Source: a virus
IMG/VR virus record: IMGVR_UViG_3300045988_053152
Span: 1 to 36,166 of that record
Reading direction: 5' to 3' (one strand)
Length of the DNA: 36,166 nt
The position numbers and the translations under genes are program-made. Below the pieces are notes generated by a model. It did no database searches and had not been told where the DNA came from. It saw only the letters and a program-made list of their open reading frames with translations. Below are positions 1-6,691 of this stretch, in pieces. The number at the start of each line of letters is the position of its first letter. The stretch's first letter is position 1.

Positions 1-55
1 CTTTACTTCCGGCGCGGCTTTCGTTCTACGTCCGGCGGGTTTTTTAGGTTCTTCC
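1..55. repeat. Terminal 55-bp sequence identical to 36112-36166 (end overlap of a circular or concatemeric assembly)
   Basis: Read directly: ctttacttccggcgcggctttcgttctacgtccggcgggttttttaggttcttcc occurs at both window ends. A minus-strand ORF stays in frame across the join. Confidence 0.95.
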
Positions 56-309
56 TTCTCGGCCGATAGTTGTTCCTTGACGGCTGCGATTGATTCGGCA
101 ATACTTTCCTTTTTGAAGTCATTTTGCGGCTCTGTAACAGGCTCTTTCCCTTTGGGCGAATATTCTATTGACTCCGGTTCCAAAAGCCCGTGTGCGGGTT
201 CTGTTGCGGTCCCTGCATTGATGTTTGCAAGGTTGTTGAGATACGCGGCGGTTGCCTGTAACATACTCGGGTTCTCGTTCTCGGTGTTCAGTTCAAAGTT
301 AATTCTCAT
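1..309 (-). CDS. N-terminal 103 codons of a junction-spanning CDS that continues 36111->35821 (199 aa total). Acidic Lys/Glu/Pro-repeat protein of unknown function.
   Basis: The ATG at 309-307 overlaps the TGA of the upstream HTH gene (ATGA). Hand translation 309->1 has no stop (MRINFELNTENENPSMLQ...PAGRRTKAAPEVK). Position 1 equals 36112, and 36111 is in the same frame as ORF 35821..36069. Confidence 0.7.
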   Translation of the reverse strand, partial: MRINFELNTENENPSMLQATAAYLNNLANINAGTATEPAHGLLEPESIEYSPKGKEPVTEPQNDFKKESIAESIAAVKEQLSAEKEEPKKPAGRRTKAAPEVK

Positions 310-494
310 TTTTCTTCAAATTTTAAAAGTTTATCTAATACTTCGTTACGTGATATACGTATTTTCCCTGCTGCATTTTCAAACCTTGTCAGATTTCCGA
401 TTTGCAGCTGATAACGGATAGCGTTTTCGGTGTAGCCTGATAGCTGCGCCGCCTGTGCTACTGTCAGCAACTTGTTTTCTTCTTTGGTCTCCAT
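306..494 (-). CDS. Small helix-turn-helix DNA-binding protein (excisionase/MerR-like HTH), candidate early regulator
   Basis: 62-aa ORF. LLTVAQAAQLSGYTENAIRYQLQIGNL matches the HTH pattern of AlpA/Xis-type proteins. It is the second gene downstream of early promoter P1. Confidence 0.6.
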   Translation of the reverse strand: METKEENKLLTVAQAAQLSGYTENAIRYQLQIGNLTRFENAAGKIRISRNEVLDKLLKFEEK

Positions 495-802
495 TCTCTT
501 TTTTTAGTTCTAAATTCTCCTTTTCGTGAAAAAAGATAATCGCTAAAGGCCTTTTGGCGCGCTTGCTCATAAACGGTTAGGTACTTGTCGGCGTTCGGAA
601 TGATAAAGCCGCGGATATTATATTCGAATTTCTTTCCGCCTTCTTCTTCCTCTAGTTCCTTCGAGAATACCTCCGCTATGGTAACCGCGCCAGGGCGGCC
701 GTATAGCTCGTTTATCTCTTTCAAATTAATACATTCAAAGATTCGCTTTTTTACCGTATCATAGAAAAACCTTTCTAGGCGGTAAATTTTTAAATATCCC
801 AT
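464..802 (-). CDS. Hypothetical early protein (first gene after promoter P1)
   Basis: 112-aa minus-strand ORF. It overlaps the next gene by 31 nt. No recognisable motif. Confidence 0.6.
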   Translation of the reverse strand: MGYLKIYRLERFFYDTVKKRIFECINLKEINELYGRPGAVTIAEVFSKELEEEEGGKKFEYNIRGFIIPNADKYLTVYEQARQKAFSDYLFSRKGEFRTKKREWRPKKKTSC

Positions 803-1019
803 ATCTAGTAATTATTAGCTCGATTCTCCGGGCCCTCCGGAATAGTGCGATAAAGTTTAGTATGGCTTACAGTTCTTTTGCGAAAAGGATTCCGGCTTTA
901 TAGCTTCAATTAAGCGGATACCGCACCGGATTTTCAAATGAATTGGGATACCGTCCATATTTCCCTTCTAGCCCCTTTTGGTTACGATTGGCGGGGTTCT
1001 CATTTCCTTATCGACACTA

Positions 1020-1050
1020 CAAAGATACGGCTTATTTTTGAACTACAAAA
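1020..1050 (-). promoter_or_regulatory. Early promoter P1 (Bacteroidota type): -7 box TATCTTTG, -33 TTTTG
   Basis: The reverse complement of 1020-1027 is TATCTTTG (TAnnTTTG). The reverse complement of 1046-1050 is TTTTG, with an 18-nt spacer. The 24-nt run 1007-1030 is identical to 29304-29327 (P3). Confidence 0.6.
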
Positions 1051-1104
1051 CATTTTGAGAGAAAACTTTATGAATTTAACTACGATTAACGTTTCGGGGT
1101 GGGG

Positions 1105-1144
1105 TGTCACATGCGAAAACAAATGTCACAGAGGAATTTGACAC
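1105..1144. promoter_or_regulatory. Cluster of TGTCACA boxes upstream of P1
   Basis: TGTCACA at 1105-1111 and 1124-1130 (19 nt apart), with an inverted TGACAC at 1139-1144. The same box recurs through both boundary modules. Confidence 0.35.
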
Positions 1145-1446
1145 TTAATGCGCTGATAATCATAGGGTTTAGGCCTAATGTCACAAATGCACAGATGTTT
1201 TCCTATTAGTATAAAACAAGAATATGTGATATACGATTTGATATATATTAACATTTAAAGCCCTTTTTAATTTTATCTCTATATAATATATCTATGACAT
1301 CTATGACATTAGGGTTAAGTACCATTATTTCAACGAGTTAGGCGTCACAGTAAAAAATCTTTAATTAATGCCGCAAAAAGTTTGTAGTCTGGTTATCAAT
1401 GACTTAGACCGCATAAATGAGTGTCACACGTGATTTTTATTGTAAA
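1143..1446. repeat. Boundary module copy A (direct repeat of 19797-20191)
   Basis: Aligned by eye: 1180-1225 vs 19901-19946 (41/46), 1271-1312 vs 20016-20057 (41/42), 1336-1446 vs 20081-20191 (98/111, no indel). No shared ORF. Confidence 0.85.
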
Positions 1447-1451
1447 CATTT

Positions 1452-2030
1452 TTAGTCGAAAGTCGCTGAAAACCGTACTTTCATCTCGGAACGCGGATTT
1501 TTGTTTGATACGGTTGTGTACAGTTTCGGCCGTCCGATTCGAAAGAAAAGGAATTTCTTTTGTTTCGCGTGTGTAACCACGTCTAAAGTATCAGTACTAT
1601 GTATGGCTATCTTGGTGCTATCCGGAAGGCTCTCCACGTTGATAACGTTCCAACCGTCATTATAATCAGCGGTTCGCCGCACGCCGGAAGAGTCTACAAC
1701 GGTCTTAACTACCGTGTCTACCTTCGTAATCGTCTCGGTTCTTGTTACGCCCTGTAACTCCTTATTCTTTATTCTTAGCTCGCGTACCTTATTATTAAGG
1801 TCTGCATTGAATAACTCTAGTTCGGACTTCTCTAGGGATAACCTGCGCGCCTGCTCGGCGTAATCTCCCGCGGTTGTCCTGTACTGCCGCGCCTCGGTAT
1901 TGATAGCCTCTATATTGCTGTCCAGGCGGGCCAGTTCTTTCTTCTGCTGCCGCACCTTCCGCACGGAGAAGAATAACAATATAGCCGCCAATGAGACGGC
2001 TAATATTAGTACTTGGTTTAATCTGCTCAT
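1452..2030 (-). CDS. Lysis-cassette membrane protein, spanin-like (N-terminal TM helix plus coiled coil)
   Basis: 192 aa. Hydrophobic LILAVSLAAILLFFSV is followed by a charged heptad-rich segment. The start overlaps the endolysin stop (ATGA). It is the last gene of the late operon. Confidence 0.45.
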   Translation of the reverse strand: MSRLNQVLILAVSLAAILLFFSVRKVRQQKKELARLDSNIEAINTEARQYRTTAGDYAEQARRLSLEKSELELFNADLNNKVRELRIKNKELQGVTRTETITKVDTVVKTVVDSSGVRRTADYNDGWNVINVESLPDSTKIAIHSTDTLDVVTHAKQKKFLFFRIGRPKLYTTVSNKNPRSEMKVRFSATFD

Positions 2031-2425
2031 AAGTGTAGTACTTGGCGTCTAACATTATTCTTATCATACGAGATATGCACCCACTTATATTTTTTCTCGT
2101 CTATGAGTTGACAAAATGGTAGGTTCAATTCCCGCGCTAGGTCGAACAACTTCTTGTTTTCTTCCGGGCTGCCCGCGGTTATGTCTGCGGCCTGGCCTTT
2201 TTGGTGTTGGGACGTTTTTACGCCCCCTACGGAAGCGTTCAGCTTCGGCGACCTGTAACCGCTCGTTACCGTTATCGGACCTCCATACGCCCTCCGTAAC
2301 GGGTCCAATACTTTATTTATCAACTCCGTTAGATTCGCTTCCGCTTCCCTCGTCGGTGTGTTGTCTATCTTCCTGGCTTCTGCCGTCGTAGACCTCGTCA
2401 GTTCCTCTATTGTGAAAAACTCCAT
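2027..2425 (-). CDS. Endolysin, peptidase M15 family (zinc D,D- or L-Ala-D-Glu peptidase fold)
   Basis: 132 aa. FTIEELTRS...IDNTP...SGYRSPKLNASVGGVKTSQHQKGQAADI is the classic M15 phage endolysin layout (SxHxxGxAxD). Confidence 0.8.
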   Translation of the reverse strand: MEFFTIEELTRSTTAEARKIDNTPTREAEANLTELINKVLDPLRRAYGGPITVTSGYRSPKLNASVGGVKTSQHQKGQAADITAGSPEENKKLFDLARELNLPFCQLIDEKKYKWVHISYDKNNVRRQVLHL

Positions 2426-2861
2426 TCTTTAATTTTTTAATGAATTCTACATACTTAGTGTTAATCAGCATGTCCAACACTGCTATAAATTCGTTATCCG
2501 GCTGTATCAACTTGAAATTACGGATAATGTTCTTCGCGTACACAAGTGCAAACAGCGTTGTTAATAACCGTAATATATATGTATAGTCCCCTCCCGGCTG
2601 TATCAGCCTCGCCGCCGCCGCTGTGAATGTTATCACTATCGCTGCTATCGCATACTCAAAAAATGCCTGGAAGGCCTTCCGGTGTGAGTAAGGTTTTCCC
2701 GCTCTGAGGTCCGCCACAAGGCCCACAATGAAATTAAGCGTTCCGAAAAGTACAATGAGTACAAAAAATGTCATAACGTCGTTTGTTACTGACATGATAA
2801 AGGCTATCGCCGATATCCGCGCCGCGTCTAGTACTCCGTCCATTATTACCTTATTAAACAT
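2313..2861 (-). CDS. Holin-like multi-pass membrane protein
   Basis: 182 aa with 3-4 hydrophobic helices and a highly charged C-terminal tail. It lies immediately upstream of the endolysin, and its last 113 nt overlap the endolysin start out of frame. Confidence 0.55.
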   Translation of the reverse strand: MFNKVIMDGVLDAARISAIAFIMSVTNDVMTFFVLIVLFGTLNFIVGLVADLRAGKPYSHRKAFQAFFEYAIAAIVITFTAAAARLIQPGGDYTYILRLLTTLFALVYAKNIIRNFKLIQPDNEFIAVLDMLINTKYVEFIKKLKNGVFHNRGTDEVYDGRSQEDRQHTDEGSGSESNGVDK

Positions 2862-3286
2862 ATTCTACTCTGTACTCGGTTACAATCACAAGCCCCTTTC
2901 AATAGACGGTCTTTCTGCAATTTCGCCAAAAGCGATTCTATAAATTGGTCCGCCTTCCCTCGTTCCGCCTCGAATCTTTTCGCCTTGTTAACGTCCGGAA
3001 GTACATAGCTACCTAGATAGTTCTGTATCTTAACGCCGCTCGCCGTGCTGTTCTGCTCGCTCGTCTGCACGTAGCGCGCGAAAGCATAATAGCATATAAC
3101 GGTATCAAGTCCCGTATACTCGTCATTATCCGGCTTGTATTCTGCCGGGGTAGCCTCGTATGTCATGCATAGTTGAGGCTTGATATCTAGCCGGTCGGCC
3201 TCATAAAATGCCTTTTCCAAGTCGGCGTCCTTCACATCAGCCGCCAATGAAAACAATGTCCGTAATCTTGCAATAGGATAAGCCAT
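2846..3286 (-). CDS. Hypothetical late protein (possible head-completion or connector protein)
   Basis: 146-aa ORF tightly packed between the probable portal and holin genes. No motif recognised. Confidence 0.55.
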   Translation of the reverse strand: MAYPIARLRTLFSLAADVKDADLEKAFYEADRLDIKPQLCMTYEATPAEYKPDNDEYTGLDTVICYYAFARYVQTSEQNSTASGVKIQNYLGSYVLPDVNKAKRFEAERGKADQFIESLLAKLQKDRLLKGACDCNRVQSRICLIR

Positions 3287-3288
3287 AA

Positions 3289-4446
3289 TTATATAGTCTG
3301 TTCTCCCGGGTCGGTAGCTGCTGTATCCACTGCGGCGCCTTCCAGGTTGTTATTAATATTAGTCGTTGCCGTATCAACGTCAAAAATATATGCCAGGTCG
3401 CGGGATATACGTTCCCTAACGCGGGATAGTGAACGCCTGTACACTTTTTGCATCTCTTTAACCACTTCGCCGGACGCGTTCGCAAAATTGATTAGCGACG
3501 AATCAATTAACGGAATTGGAATGGTATAGCAAGCTATCGCGATATCTTTCCGTAATGGTTCGCTGTACTTCTCGTACAGGTCCGCATCGATAGGCGTGCC
3601 TACCTGCTCAACTCGTATAAATGGTTTGTCTGTTATCCCTACGGCGGTGTCTCTTACCGTCAGTACGGCCCCGGTTCCCTCTACGCCCATCATATTTGTA
3701 ATCGCTTCCCGGAATTCGTTTTGTTCGCGGTCTGATTCAAAATCTCCGTGTGTCACAATGCTACACGCGTGGAACCCTCTGGATAATACGTTCTCAACGT
3801 ACAGTGCATTCCCTCGTTCCGCTGCCATTTCCGGCTGTACCGCGTGGAAAGGGCTAATGGGGTAGGGTACACGGTTAGACAAGTTGCTGTAATACAGTTG
3901 TCCCGGGTGGTTCTCGATACCTCCGTATTCCTCACATTCCGCCGCGAAATTATCCGGGTTGAATGTTGGGTATATGGTACCCTTCTTGCTATTGGTGTCC
4001 TTGAGTGTGGAACGATCCCAATTATCGAATACCAACCACTTGTCAACACGGCTATTCTCCTTGTAATTCTTGTTAAGTACTGCACGGACATAACCGAACG
4101 GAACAGGATACACCGCTTTCGGCTTGTAATCGCCTCCGTACTGCACTATCAGCGCGTAACCGCGAAATCTCGGAATGTCCTCCCCGATAAATTCTAGTAT
4201 ATCGTTCATGTCCTGCCCGTTATCGTTCGTCATACGGGCGAACTCTTCCACGGCAAAGCCTTCACATACTATATTCTCGGCGGCTTTTGCCACGCACGCC
4301 GTAGCGGTCTTACTAGCGTCGATAAGGTTAGCTATCCTCTGCGGGTATAAGTTATCCGCGTCATAGCTAACAACCCCCTCCGACTGTCTCGGAAGGAGGT
4401 TTATTGCTTTTCGGACCGCTAGATATATTCTTTTTCCGTCTATCAT
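3289..4446 (-). CDS. Probable portal protein
   Basis: 385 aa. The size, the acidic/aromatic core and the helical C-terminal segment resemble HK97-type portals. It is the only portal-sized candidate in the late module. Not adjacent to the terminase. Confidence 0.5.
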   Translation of the reverse strand: MIDGKRIYLAVRKAINLLPRQSEGVVSYDADNLYPQRIANLIDASKTATACVAKAAENIVCEGFAVEEFARMTNDNGQDMNDILEFIGEDIPRFRGYALIVQYGGDYKPKAVYPVPFGYVRAVLNKNYKENSRVDKWLVFDNWDRSTLKDTNSKKGTIYPTFNPDNFAAECEEYGGIENHPGQLYYSNLSNRVPYPISPFHAVQPEMAAERGNALYVENVLSRGFHACSIVTHGDFESDREQNEFREAITNMMGVEGTGAVLTVRDTAVGITDKPFIRVEQVGTPIDADLYEKYSEPLRKDIAIACYTIPIPLIDSSLINFANASGEVVKEMQKVYRRSLSRVRERISRDLAYIFDVDTATTNINNNLEGAAVDTAATDPGEQTI

Positions 4447-4460
4447 GCCCTTTAGATTAG

Positions 4461-5015
4461 TTATTCGAATTCTGAAATGTCGGCTGCTGCCGCTTCTGCT
4501 TCTGCTTCTTCTGCGGCCTTCTTTGCTGCTCTAGTAGCTGCGGCCTTCTTTGCGGCTGCGCTGCGTTTTGCTGCGGCAATTTCCTCCTCGGTAGGTTCTG
4601 TTACTTCCGATTCTGTTACTTCCGATTCTGTTACTTCCGGTTCTGTTACTTCCGATTCTGTTACTTCCGGCTCGGTTACTTCCGGCTCGGCCTGTTCCGG
4701 CTCGGCCTGTTCCGGAATAGTGGTAACCACAGCGTCCAGGTCGATAAAGTAATCTTTATATTCCGGGTTCGCCTCCATTAGTTCAATGGCTTTTGCGTCG
4801 TCGCAATTAAATGCGCGATATACTTTCCCGTCCTCGTATGATGTAATCGACAAGTCCGGTTTCATCACATAACGAGTGTGTTTCCCGGTCAAGTACTCAT
4901 TCTCATACCATTGTGCGGCGAACTGTCTGTCAAAACCGCATGAGTCCTCTAACTTTAAATTAGTCATGCGCACACACAGCGCCAAAATCTGTCCAATATC
5001 TTGTAATCTTTCCAT
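4461..5015 (-). CDS. Acidic repeat protein: (E/S)(P/E)EVT pentapeptide repeats plus an Ala/Lys-rich tail. Function unknown.
   Basis: 184-aa ORF with a globular N-terminal ~100 aa, then EPEQAEPEQAEPEVTEPEVTESEVT... encoded by 8 tandem 15-nt units. Confidence 0.7.
   Translation of the reverse strand: MERLQDIGQILALCVRMTNLKLEDSCGFDRQFAAQWYENEYLTGKHTRYVMKPDLSITSYEDGKVYRAFNCDDAKAIELMEANPEYKDYFIDLDAVVTTIPEQAEPEQAEPEVTEPEVTESEVTEPEVTESEVTESEVTEPTEEEIAAAKRSAAAKKAAATRAAKKAAEEAEAEAAAADISEFE
4596..4715. repeat. Tandem repeat, 15 nt x 8 (in frame, inside CDS 4461..5015)
   Basis: ttctgttacttccga-type units at 4596, 4611, 4626, 4641, 4656, 4671, 4686 and 4701, read directly. Confidence 0.9.
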
Positions 5016-5039
5016 TTGTAATTAAATTTTAATCTGTTG

Positions 5040-5591
5040 TTACACTTTTGGCGCCTTTATTCCGCTATAATTGGATACTGTAATGGCTACCAACCTATCG
5101 CCCCCTGCCGCATCGGGCGTTTTCAAAGTAACGGATACAATTCCGTCCGTTGCCGTGTCCCCCACGATTTCGGAGCATTCCAGACCGGACATAAGCCCGT
5201 ATGCAAAGTAAGTACCCGAAGTTGTTCTCGTGAGTGCCACAAACGTCCCTATTTGCAGGGCGTAAATTAGCTTCGAAAATTCGCTGGCGCCCACTGTCCC
5301 CGCGTTGTCAATCAATTTAACAACTACAGAATGTTCCTGCGCGGTTGCCATAATGTCATTCGCTTTTGCGGCAATCGTGGCGGACACGGAGTTCCCTACG
5401 CTACTGACTATGTAGCCCTTAGTACCCGTCTTCATCGTTATAGTCGCCAACCCTGCGTTATCTACGGAATAATTACTTATATCGTCGTAATTGACTAGTA
5501 CAAGTTCATCTACACCGCGAATTGAGGTAGGTTCGGCCGCCTTCGCACAATCAAATGTAACGTTCTGTTCTAATTTCTTAATACATGCCAT
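5040..5591 (-). CDS. Paralog 3 of 3 in a tandem ~180-aa virion-module family (possible tail-tube or capsid-accessory protein)
   Basis: 183 aa, MACIKKLEQNVTFDC.... It shares the N-terminal M(A/G)CI..L........C motif, the central G(R/T)F(V/M)A motif and the C-terminal ITL(K/T)TP motif with 5604..6134 and 6137..6670. Confidence 0.7.
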   Translation of the reverse strand: MACIKKLEQNVTFDCAKAAEPTSIRGVDELVLVNYDDISNYSVDNAGLATITMKTGTKGYIVSSVGNSVSATIAAKANDIMATAQEHSVVVKLIDNAGTVGASEFSKLIYALQIGTFVALTRTTSGTYFAYGLMSGLECSEIVGDTATDGIVSVTLKTPDAAGGDRLVAITVSNYSGIKAPKV

Positions 5592-5603
5592 ATTTACCTC
5601 CTT

Positions 5604-6134
5604 TTACGCTACGATAGCGCCATTTCTTAACGTTGCATATGTCGTCGGGTCGAAGTGTGCGCGCTGCTCACCTATCACGTTTTCCGGCGTTGTTAACGTT
5701 ATTGTTGTAAACCCACCGTTTGCATTGGCTTCTTCTGTGTAGGCGGACATATTAAGCCCGTACACCAGCCCGTACACACGGTATATATTTTTCTCTTTCA
5801 TCTTAGCGACTGCCACGAACCGACCGTTTAAAATGCGGTTCACAATATCCGCGCTATTTTGGTCCTTCCCGTAAATCGTAAAGGTCACGGAATCGGCAAG
5901 GGCAGCAGGCGCATTGTCATTTACGCGCGCCTCGGAAGACGCGTTAACGCCCTTCTTATTAGACTCCACAAGGATAGCTTTGCCCCCGCTAGAGAGCGTT
6001 AAGGTAGCTTGTCCGACGGATAGGTCTTTAGACGCAATTTCTGAATAGTTGATTAGCAACAATTCTTCAATGCCCGTGGCGCCCGCGTCGCAGTCCACTA
6101 AAATAGCCCTATTTAATTTTGATATACATCCCAT
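5604..6134 (-). CDS. Paralog 2 of 3 in the tandem ~180-aa virion-module family
   Basis: 176 aa, MGCISKLNRAILVDC...NGRFVAVA...NGGFTTITLTTPE. Alignable by eye to its neighbours. Confidence 0.7.
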   Translation of the reverse strand: MGCISKLNRAILVDCDAGATGIEELLLINYSEIASKDLSVGQATLTLSSGGKAILVESNKKGVNASSEARVNDNAPAALADSVTFTIYGKDQNSADIVNRILNGRFVAVAKMKEKNIYRVYGLVYGLNMSAYTEEANANGGFTTITLTTPENVIGEQRAHFDPTTYATLRNGAIVA

Positions 6135-6136
6135 AG

Positions 6137-6670
6137 TTATGTAAGTTTAGCATTAACAATTTTAGCCCAGGAAGCCGTGCCTACTATCGTCCGTTTCTCC
6201 CCTTTCGCATCGTCCGGCGTCTTTAGCGTGATAGAGGTAAAGCCCCCGTTCGCGCTGCTGTCTGTCTGAATGTCGGAAATTTCCAAACCGCAAAGAGCGC
6301 CCAACATATGCTGGCTGGCTTTGAGGTCCTTATACATTACCGCCGCCATAAACCGCCCGTTCATAAGGGCGTCAACGATTACCGAACCGATAACGGCCTT
6401 ATCATACAGTGTAATAGTCAATGTTTGGTCTATTCCGTTAGACACGTCCGTAGCCTTCATTGCCTCCACCACTTTAACGCCATTTTTAACCATATCGACG
6501 GGAACTGTTTTAGCTCCCGTCTTTAAGGTTATGTCTTCTATTACATTCGTGGCTGATACAGTCATGGCAGTAATGTCGGCGAAGTTGATAAGGTACAATT
6601 CCCTTAATCCGACCGCGCCCAATTCGCACTTATACTGTATTGCCTTGTCTAATGCTTTTATACAAGCCAT
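6137..6670 (-). CDS. Paralog 1 of 3 in the tandem ~180-aa virion-module family
   Basis: 177 aa, MACIKALDKAIQYKC...NGRFMAAV...NGGFTSITLKTPD. It shares an identical 20-nt start region with the capsid gene. Confidence 0.7.
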   Translation of the reverse strand: MACIKALDKAIQYKCELGAVGLRELYLINFADITAMTVSATNVIEDITLKTGAKTVPVDMVKNGVKVVEAMKATDVSNGIDQTLTITLYDKAVIGSVIVDALMNGRFMAAVMYKDLKASQHMLGALCGLEISDIQTDSSANGGFTSITLKTPDDAKGEKRTIVGTASWAKIVNAKLT

Positions 6671-6685
6671 AATTTTCTAGTTTTT
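6666..6685 (-). repeat. 20-nt translation-start cassette identical to 7641-7660
   Basis: gccataattttctagttttt is found at both sites. On the minus strand it reads AAAAACTAGAAAATT-ATGGC. Confidence 0.85.
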
Positions 6686-6691
6686 AATTGG

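Noticed and set aside
1-55. The 55-bp identical ends interpreted as prophage att sites, transposon ends or a biological direct terminal repeat.
   Set aside because: There is no integrase or transposase and no host flanking genes. The repeat lies inside an ORF that reads through the join in frame, and 55 nt is a typical assembler k-mer overlap. A genuine short terminal repeat cannot be excluded without read-end data.
379-570. Alternative-frame minus-strand ORFs overlapping better genes: 379..570, 1795..2067, 3237..3485, 3753..4091, 13280..13480, 15718..15915, 18555..18761, 21624..21812, 32405..32593 and 32823..33008.
   Set aside because: Each is nested out of frame within a longer ORF carrying clear motifs (endolysin neighbour, probable portal, terL, polymerase and others). 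Their products are Arg/Gly-rich, and no independent start signals were seen.
938-1141. A 67-aa plus-strand ORF in the boundary region, which would be the only divergent gene (a repressor-like position).
   Set aside because: It is laid over promoter P1 and the TGTCACA boxes. The P1 sequence is repeated at P3, where no equivalent ORF exists. Only a weak TTCTTTTG box (873-880) lies upstream, and the product has no DNA-binding motif. It cannot be fully excluded without expression data.
1336-1446. Conserved block 3 of the boundary modules interpreted as a small RNA or a micro-ORF.
   Set aside because: The only stems visible are 3-5 bp and are not supported by compensatory changes between the two copies. 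A 17-codon ORF in copy A (ATGCGGTCTAAG...) has no ATG in copy B. DNA-level function seems more likely, but this is untested.
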